From positions 352,594,001 through 352,658,000 of the forward strand of contig OZ024743.1 of the NCBI GenBank assembly GCA_964016885.1: a DNA stretch of 64,000 nt. The letters are read 5' to 3'. Made by a program: the position numbers and the translations under genes. The first letter of the stretch is position 1, and each line of letters starts with the position of its first letter. Of this stretch, positions 55,910-64,000 are shown one piece after another. The DNA comes from Eledone cirrhosa. Its lineage: Eukaryota. Below the pieces are notes generated by a model. The model searched no databases, was not told the origin of the DNA, and saw only the letters and a program-made list of their open reading frames with translations.

Positions 55910-58900
55910 ATGAATCTGCGAGCTACCAAGCACCCACGTGAAGCGCCAACCCAGAGACCCTCCCCTACGAGTGTCGACAAATGCCCAAAACTCCGAGTTG
56001 GTACCATCAATGTAGGCTCAATGAAAGGAAGAGCAGGAGAAATCGTAGAAATGCTAGAGCGAAAGGAAGTTGATGTATGCTGTGTGCAAGAGACTAGATG
56101 GAGAGGAGGGTCTGCTAGAGTCCTTGTAGGAAAAAGCCAGTGCTACAAATTTTTCTGGGTGGGAAATGACGATGGGATGGGTGGTGTAGGTATACTATTA
56201 GCTGACAAGTGGGTAGATAAAGTAATCTCAGTGTACAGGGTAAATGCAAGAATCATTAAACTCAGACTAGTCCTGAATAAGACAATTACCACAATAATAT
56301 CAGCTTACGCACCCCAATCGGGGCTGCCAGACGAACTTAAGGATAGGTTTTACGAGTCCCTAATACACACTACTGCTCTAACAGACGACAAGGACTTCCT
56401 AATCATTGCAGGAGATTTTAACGGACACGTAGGTAAACACTGCGACGGCTTCAATAGAGTACATGGAGGCCATGGAGTTGGCACAAGGAATGAGGAAGGA
56501 TTCAGACTTCTAGAATTCTGCGACGCCAATGACATGTCGATATGTAACACAAACTTTAAAAAACCCGACAACCACCTGATCACCTATAGATCAGGGGAGC
56601 ACTCTAGTCAGTTAGATTTTATCCTCATCAGAGGACGTGACAGATGGACGGTCGTAAACACAAAAGCCTTCCCTAGTGAGGAATGTACATCCCAACATAG
56701 CTTAGTTGTCAGCGACCTCACGGTCAGAACTAGACGAGCCCTGAAACAGAGGCCAACCTGGAGAAGAAAGATCTGGAAGCTGAAAGTCCCCTCAACCAGT
56801 AACAGATTTAAAGATATTTTACTCAACGCCTACGACAGTAAAGAAGAACAGATAGAGACATTTAACGTAGAAGAGAACTGGGAGTTCCTAAAAAATAACT
56901 TACTAGAGGCGACGGATGAGGTTTGTGGCTGGAGTAAGACCTCAAGCAGGAGGAGAGTGACTTGGTGGTGGAACAATAAGGTAGATGAAGCAGTCAATGC
57001 CAAGAGACAGGCATGGAAAGAATGGAAGAACGGGGGGAGCAGGGTACATTACATAGAGACCAAGAGGGAAGCTAGGCGACAAGTATACTTAGCTAGGAGG
57101 GAAGCAGAGGATAGAAAATTCAAGCATGTTTTACAACGTGAGGACCAGAAACAGGAGGTATTCAAGATTGCGAGGCAGTTTGTCAGAGATAGTTGTGATG
57201 TCATTGGAGAGAAGTGTATCCGGAATGATAAAGGTGAGCTTGCCCTCACAAGTGCTGAGAAGAAAGATGCATGGAAGAGTCATTATGATAGATTACTAAA
57301 TGAGGAGAATGCATGGGAAGAAGAGACCCTACCCCACGTAGACCCTATAGAGGGACCAGCAGTACAAGTCAGCGGCAGCGTAGTAAGTAAGGCAATCAGA
57401 GATATGAAGATAGGGAAGGCAACCGGTCCATCGGGTATAGCTGCCGAGATGCTGAAGGCATCTGGGTCTGTAGGTCACACTATAACCACACGTATCGTTA
57501 ACCAGGTAATACTAGAGGGGGCCATACCAAAAGATTGGTGCAGTAGCATCATTGTCAACTGCTACAAAGGTAAAGGCGATGCACTAGATAGAGGAAACTA
57601 TAGAGGTATAAAGTTGATGGACCAGGTCATGAAAGTAACAGAAAGAGTTATAGCACAGCTGATTAGGGACCGGGTGAATATAGACGAGATGCAATTTGGG
57701 TTTGTACCAGGGAAAGGCACCACTGATGCGCTCTTCCTTGTGAGGCAATTACAGGAAAAGTACCTAGCTAAAAGTAAGCCACTCTACTTGGCATTTGTCG
57801 ACCTTGAGAAAGCCTTTGACAGAGTTCCACGTGCAGTAATCTGGTGGGCTCTTAGAAAACTAGGAGTAGATGAATGGCTTGTGAAAGCGGTACAAGCCAT
57901 GTATAGGGGAGCAGTCAGCAAAGTTAGGATTGGCAATGAGTATAGCGAGGAATTTAGCGTACAGGTTGGGGTCCACCAGGGCTCTGTTCTTAGCCCTCTC
58001 CTGTTCATCATAGTCCTGCAGGCAATAACGGAGGAGTTTAAGACCGGATGCCCATGGGAACTCCTGTATGCTGATGACCTCGCACTCATAGCTGAATCTA
58101 TGGTAGAACTAGAGAATAAATTCCAAACCTGGAAGCAGGGACTAGAGAGAAAGGGCCTCAAAGTCAACATGACAAAGACTAAGGTCCTTATAAGTAGACG
58201 AGAAAACAGAACCCAGATCCCCTCAGGGAAATGGCCTTGCTCAGTATGTAGGAAAGGTGTAGGTAGGAACTCCATTCTTTGCCCCAAATGCAAACAATGG
58301 GTACACAAGAGATGTAGCGGGATCTCAGGAAGCTTAATTAAGAATGTAGGATTCACATGCAGCAGCTGTGCTGAAACAGCAAGCAAACAGCCACAGGAAA
58401 CAAGTACCACCAATCTCTGGGAGGGCCCTGTAGAAACAGTAGACAGCTTCTGCTACCTAGGTGACCGAATTAGCAACGGAGGTGGGTGCTCAGAAAGTAC
58501 AATAACTAGGGTAAGAACGGGATGGAAGAAGTTTAGGGAACTACTACCACTGCTAGCTGCAAAAGGCTTCTCCCTCAGAATGAAAGGCAGACTGTATGAT
58601 GCGTGTATCCGAACAGCGATGTTGCATGGTAGTGAGACCTGGGCGCTGAAGGTGGAAGACTTACGTAGATTAGAGAGAAACGAAGCCTGCATGCTCCGAT
58701 GGATGTGTAACAGTAATATACGTGAACGACAAAGCATAAATGAATTGAGAGAGAGACTGAGCATAAGAGGAATCAAATGCTGCGTGCAGGAGAGGCGGTT
58801 ACGCTGGTATGGACATGTGATGCGTATGAAGGATGACAGCTGCATAAAAAGGTGCAGAGCACTAGAAGTTGATGGAAACCGCGGAGTGGGGAGACCCAAG

Positions 58901-59029
58901 ATGACTTGGGATGAGGTGATAAAAGCCGACCTTACCCAACTACACCTCTCAAAGTCAATGACACACGACCGTGACTTCTGGCGTCACGCAGTAATACAGG
59001 GTACCCGACCTCCCATGGGTACATGCTGA
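55910..59029 (+). CDS. RTE-clade LINE polyprotein: APE endonuclease plus reverse transcriptase with embedded PHD-type finger; uninterrupted 1039 aa
   Basis: Endonuclease motifs TINVG, VQETRW, SAYAP, GDFNGH, LDFIL, SQH. RT motifs NYRGI, QFGF, FVDLEKAFD, GVHQGSVLSP, YADD, FCYLG. RTE C-terminus HGSETW, RLRWYGHV, GRPKMTW. Confidence 0.97.
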   Translation: MNLRATKHPREAPTQRPSPTSVDKCPKLRVGTINVGSMKGRAGEIVEMLERKEVDVCCVQETRWRGGSARVLVGKSQCYKFFWVGNDDGMGGVGILLADKWVDKVISVYRVNARIIKLRLVLNKTITTIISAYAPQSGLPDELKDRFYESLIHTTALTDDKDFLIIAGDFNGHVGKHCDGFNRVHGGHGVGTRNEEGFRLLEFCDANDMSICNTNFKKPDNHLITYRSGEHSSQLDFILIRGRDRWTVVNTKAFPSEECTSQHSLVVSDLTVRTRRALKQRPTWRRKIWKLKVPSTSNRFKDILLNAYDSKEEQIETFNVEENWEFLKNNLLEATDEVCGWSKTSSRRRVTWWWNNKVDEAVNAKRQAWKEWKNGGSRVHYIETKREARRQVYLARREAEDRKFKHVLQREDQKQEVFKIARQFVRDSCDVIGEKCIRNDKGELALTSAEKKDAWKSHYDRLLNEENAWEEETLPHVDPIEGPAVQVSGSVVSKAIRDMKIGKATGPSGIAAEMLKASGSVGHTITTRIVNQVILEGAIPKDWCSSIIVNCYKGKGDALDRGNYRGIKLMDQVMKVTERVIAQLIRDRVNIDEMQFGFVPGKGTTDALFLVRQLQEKYLAKSKPLYLAFVDLEKAFDRVPRAVIWWALRKLGVDEWLVKAVQAMYRGAVSKVRIGNEYSEEFSVQVGVHQGSVLSPLLFIIVLQAITEEFKTGCPWELLYADDLALIAESMVELENKFQTWKQGLERKGLKVNMTKTKVLISRRENRTQIPSGKWPCSVCRKGVGRNSILCPKCKQWVHKRCSGISGSLIKNVGFTCSSCAETASKQPQETSTTNLWEGPVETVDSFCYLGDRISNGGGCSESTITRVRTGWKKFRELLPLLAAKGFSLRMKGRLYDACIRTAMLHGSETWALKVEDLRRLERNEACMLRWMCNSNIRERQSINELRERLSIRGIKCCVQERRLRWYGHVMRMKDDSCIKRCRALEVDGNRGVGRPKMTWDEVIKADLTQLHLSKSMTHDRDFWRHAVIQGTRPPMGTC

Positions 59030-59313
59030 AGCATATAAACAATATGCCCCCCCCCCCCAAGGTGGTCGTGGAGGTGCCACGGCAAAAAAGCACCCAGCCC
59101 ACACTGTAAAGTGGACGTGTAGGCGCCACGAAAAAGCACCCAGCACTCACTGTAAATGAGGTTGGTGTTAGGAAGGGCATCCAGCTGTAGAAATCAAGCC
59201 AGATCAGTTCCTGTATGAGCAAGGCATGGTCAGCCGACCAGACACTGCCCACAACAGGACAACCCGTCTAACCCATGCTAGCGTGGAAGAACGGACGTAA
59301 AACGGTGATGATG

Positions 59314-59370
<57 letters not shown>

Positions 59371-60329
59371 GGAAAACAGGCATTAAATGATGATGATGAT
59401 ATATAATATCTGTAACTGACAATAAATTATATCAGGCTATGATATGATTACATCCCATGCAATCAATTTTAGTCTCAGAAGCACTAACATAACAATCTTT
59501 CTCAGAATGACATCAATAATTCATTCAGGATTTTATGCCCTTCTGGAGAAACAACCTAACTACCACTGTGGCACCTTGCTGACTCGCTGTCATGTGGAAA
59601 GAGTATTGAGTGAAAGGAATGAAAGAAAGGAAGAAACAAAGAAACAAAGATGAAAAGATAGAAAACAAGAGAGAGAATAAAAGAAAGAAGAAAATATAGG
59701 ATGGTATGAAGAGAGGAGAAGAAAGGGGAAAAAGGAATATTCCAGAGAACAAGTGTAGAATCATAGCATTCACCAAAGATTCCATTAGAAGCAAAGAAGG
59801 ATAAAATGGAAAATAGAAACAGAAAGAAATGGTCTGTTGAGCTGAGAGAGGTGGTTAGGAGTGGAGTAAAGAATTTAGTTTCATTGTTCACCTGACAATT
59901 GCATAGAAATGCTCCTTTTACTAAGGATATTTCACCATTTATGTGTACTTTATAAATAGAAAACTAATCTAGTCAAGACTGACATTGAAAATATTCTAGA
60001 CAAACCAAACAGCACCAACACCTACAGCAATAATAATCCAACAGGGGTTTCAGTCTTCAGGCTGCAACAATGGTAGGACACCACCTTAAAGGGATTTTTG
60101 TTGATCATATATAGACACTGGTGCATATTTTATCAATTTATTTAAGTTAAACTGCTAAGTTATGGGAAATAAACACAGGTACAAAATGTAAACACACAAT
60201 ATATATGTGTGCGCACACATATGTGTGTTTGTGTGTGTATATGTGTGTTTGTGTGTATGTGTGTATATGTATATGTTTGTGTGTTTATATATATATATAT
60301 AGAATAGTTTTTTTATTTATAAAGTATGC

Positions 60330-60360
<31 letters not shown>

Positions 60361-63300
60361 CATCATCACCGTTTTACGTCTGTTCTTCCACGCTAGCATG
60401 AGTTAGATGGGTTGTCTTGTTGTGGGCAGTGTCCGGTCGGCTGACCTTGTCTTGCTCATACAGGAACTGATTCTGGCTTGATTTCTACAGCTGGATGCCC
60501 TTCCTAACACCAACCTCATTTACAGTGAGTGCTGGGTGCTTTTTTTCCGTGGCGCCTACCCATCCACTTTACAGTGTGGGCTGGGTGCTTTTTTGCCATG
60601 TCACCTCCACAACCACCTTGCAGTGGGAGGGTGTGGGGGCATATTGTCTATATGCTTCAGCTTCAGCTTGTACCCGTTGGGGGTTGGGTCTTCTGTATTA
60701 CTGCGTGACGCCAGAGGTCACATTTGTGTGTCATCGCCTTTGAGAGGTGTAATTGGGTACGGTCGACTTTTATCACCTCATCCCAGGTCATCTTGGGTCT
60801 CCCCACTCCGCGGTTTCCATCGACTTCTAGTGCTCTGCACCTTTTTATGCAGCTGTCATCCTTCATATGCATCACATGTCCATACCAACGCAACCACCTC
60901 TCCTGCACACAGCATTTGATTCCTCTTATGCTCAGTCTCTCTCTCAATTCGTTTATGCTTTGCCGTTCACGTATATTACTATTACACATCCATTGGAGCA
61001 TGCAGGCTTCATTTCTTTCTAATCTACACAAGTCTTCTACAGACAGCGCCCAGGTCTCACTACAGTATGCCTTTCATTTTAGAGGGAAAAGCTCTTTGCA
61101 GCAAGCAGTGGCAGTATCTCCCTGAACTTCTTCAATCCCGTTCTTACCCTAGTTATTGTACTTTCCGAACACCCACCTCCGCTGCTAATTCGGTCACCTA
61201 GGTAGCAGAAGCTGTCTACTGTTTCTACAGAACCCTCCTAGAGTTTGGTGGTGCTTGTTTCCTGTGGCTGTTTGCTGCCCCAGCACAGCTGCTACATGTG
61301 AAGCCTACATTCTTAATTAAGCTTCCTGAGATCCCACTACATCTCTTGTGTACCCATTATTTGCATTTGGGGCAGAGAATGGAGTTCCTACCTACACGTT
61401 CCTACATACTGAGCAATACCATTTCCCTGAGGGGATCTGGGTTCTGTTTTCTCATCTACTTACAAGGACCATAGTCTTTGTCAGGAAGACTTTGAGACCC
61501 TTTCTTTCTAGTCCCTGCTTCCATGCTTGGAATTTCTTCTCTAGTTCTACCATAGATTCAGCTATAAGTGCGAGGTCATCTGCATACAGGAGTTCCCATG
61601 GGCATCCGGTCTTAAACTCCTCCGTTATTGCCTACAAAACTATGATGAACAGGCTAAGAACAGAGCCCTGGTGGACACCGACCTGTATGCTAAATTCCTC
61701 GCTATAGTCATTGCTAATCCTAACTTTGCTGACTGCTCCCCTATACATGGCTTGTACAGCTTTCACAAGCCATTCATCTACTCCTAGTTTTCTAAGAGCC
61801 CACCAGATTATAGCACGGGGAACTCTGTCAAAGGCTTTCTCCAGATCGATGAATGCCAGGTAGAGTGGCTTACTTTTAGCTAGGTACATTTCCTGAAACT
61901 GCCTCACAAGGAAGAGGGCATTAGTGGTGCCTTTTCCTGGCACAAACCCAAATTGCATTTCATCTAGTTTCACCCAGTCCCTAATCAACTGTGCTATAAC
62001 TCTTTCTGTTACTTTCATGACCTGGTCCATCAGCTTTATACCTCTATAGTTTCCTCTATCTAGTGCATCACCTTTACCCTTGTAGCAGTTGACAATGATG
62101 CTGCTGCACCAATCTTTTGGTATGACACCTTCTAGTATTACCTGGTTAACAATACGTGTGGTTATGGTGTGACCTACTGACCCAAATGCCTTCAGCATCT
62201 CGGCAGCTATACCCGATGGACCGGTTGCCTTCCCTGTCTCCATATCTTTGATTGCCTTACTTACTACGCTGCTGCTGACTTGTACTGCTGGCCCCTCTAT
62301 AGGGTCTACTTGGGGTAGGGTCTCTTCTTCCCATGCATTCTCCTCATTTAGTAATCTATCATAATGACTCTTCCACGCATCCTTCTTCTCAGCACTTGTG
62401 AGGGCAAGCTCACCTTTATCATTCCGGATACACTTCTCTCCAACGACACCACAATTCTCTCTGACACACTGCCTCACAATCTTGAACACCTCCTGTTTCT
62501 GGTCCTCACGTTGCAAGACATGCTTGAATTTTCTATCCTTCGCTTCCCTCCTAGCTAAGTATACTTGTCGCCTAGCTTTCCTCCTGGTCTCTATGTAATG
62601 TACCCTGCTTCCCCCGTTCTTCCATTCTTTTCATGCCTGTCCCTTAGCCTTAACTGCCTCATCTACCTTATTGTTCCACCACCAAGTCACTCTCCTCCTG
62701 CCTATGGTCTTACTCCAACCACAGATCTCATTTGTCGCCTTTAGTAAGTTATTTTTTAGGAACTCCCAGTGTTCTTCTACATTGAATATCTCTATCTGTT
62801 CTTCTTTACTGTCATAGGTGTCGAGTAAAATATTTTTAAATCTGTTACTGGCTGAGGGGTCTCTCAGCTTCCAGTCTTCTCCAGGTTGCCTTCTGTTTCC
62901 AAGTTCGTCTAGTTCTGACAATGAGGTCGCTGACAACTATGTTATGTTTGGAGGTACATTCTTCACCTGGGAAGGCTTTTGTGTTTACGACCGTCCATCT
63001 GTCATGTCCTCTGATGAGGATAAAATCTATCTGACTAGAATGCCCCCCTGATCTATAGGTGATCAGGTGGTTGTTGGGTTTTTTTAAGTTTGTGTTATAT
63101 ATCGACATGTCATTGGCGTCGCAGAAATCTAGAAGCCTGAAGCCTTCTTCCTTTCTTGTGCCAACCCCATGGCCTCCATGGACTCTATAGAAGCCGTCAC
63201 GGTGTTTACCTATGTGTCCGTTAAAATCTCCTGCAATGATTAGGAAGTCATTGTCGCTTGTTACAGCAGTAGTGTGCATTAAGGACTCATAAAACCTATC

Positions 63301-63484
63301 CTTAAGTTCGTCTGGCAACCCCGATTGGGGTGCGTAAGCTGATATTACTGTGGTAATTGTTTTATTCAGGGCTAGTCTGAGTTTAATGATTCTTACACTC
63401 ACCCTGTTCACAGAGATTACCTTATATACCCATTTGTCAGCTAGTAGGATACCTACACCACCCATCCCATTGTCATTTCCCACC
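60361..63484 (-). mobile_element. RTE LINE subfamily A copy, 5'-truncated and frameshifted
   Basis: ORFs 62845..63483, 62631..62936, 61632..62516 and 60663..61031 closely match the 1039-aa ORF. Same 3' UTR and tail; (TA)n on both flanks. Confidence 0.96.
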
Positions 63485-63503
63485 TATATATATATATATA
63501 AAT

Positions 63504-63534
<31 letters not shown>

Positions 63535-64000
63535 AATATATATATATCTATATATTAATTTCAACAATGTCAGCATTCCGTGTGTCATAATTCTCGATTA
63601 TCATTGGTTCATAGGTTTCAAACGACTCTGCCCACCTCAACGACGCCAATGCATAATGCCAATAAGGGAGTGAGAGGGGAGAGTAAGAAACAGAGAAGCA
63701 AAGTGAACGCTGTGTTGGATACACTATGTATATGTGTCAGTGTAGAGACGTGTGTGTGTGTGATGTGTGTGGAAATAAGAGGGGAAGGAAAGCAATAACT
63801 ATTAACATGTGTGCGTGTGTATGTACGTGCACGTATGTTTATGTGTGTGTGCATGCAGCGTTCCACAGAAAGTAAAAACTATCAACATGTGTGAGTGTGT
63901 GCGTGTGTGTAAGTGCATGGGTGCGTGTGTAAGTTTGCATGCGTCGCTTCTGATTGCGGTGGTAATAAAACCTCCTCATATGCTGAGTCTGGCAAAAAGC

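Larger units (their letters stand above)
54788..59315 (+). mobile_element. Putatively full-length RTE LINE (subfamily A): candidate 5' region, ORF, 3' UTR and (GAT)n tail
   Basis: Intact ORF; the 3' UTR contains GGAAGGGCATCCAGCTGTAGAAA and ends GATGATGAT at 59315. Bracketed by (TA)n on both sides. The 5' boundary is inferred from the left (TA)n tract. Confidence 0.85.

Noticed and set aside
57784-58899. Minus-strand ORFs of 209 and 148 aa
   Set aside because: Antisense shadows of the RTE ORF.
63570-64000. CpG-containing unique-looking stretch at the window edge
   Set aside because: Truncated by the window; no ORF, TIR or motif set I can support.

Overview
Eukaryotic, AT-rich, microsatellite-dense genomic DNA. 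The repeat landscape (tRNA-SINEs with RTE tails, (TA)n/(CA)n tracts, Chapaev-3, Penelope) best fits an Octopus or other coleoid cephalopod; this is inferred, not confirmed. The only clear host gene is an NFAT5/TonEBP-like Rel-homology transcription factor on the minus strand. I traced seven GT-AG exons between 7483 and 36598 that join in frame (1785 nt); the first and last exons are unresolved. The rest is intronic or intergenic DNA full of mobile elements: an RTE LINE with an intact 1039-aa ORF, decayed RTE copies, partner SINEs, CR1/Jockey, Tx1-like, Rex3-like and Penelope fragments, a Chapaev-3 transposon, and piggyBac-type and hAT MITEs. Main points of interest: (1) the intact RTE has a PHD finger inside its RT, 409-bp tandem 5' monomers, an apparent (TA)n target preference, a SINE sharing its 3' UTR and an inverted sibling copy about 1 kb away; (2) a CCAAT/TGACGTGG/YY1 promoter-like island sits just upstream of it; (3) two adjacent ~132-bp palindromes with hammerhead-like cores lie in an NFAT5 intron. 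Most short ORFs in the track are microsatellite or antisense artefacts. All alignments were done by eye.
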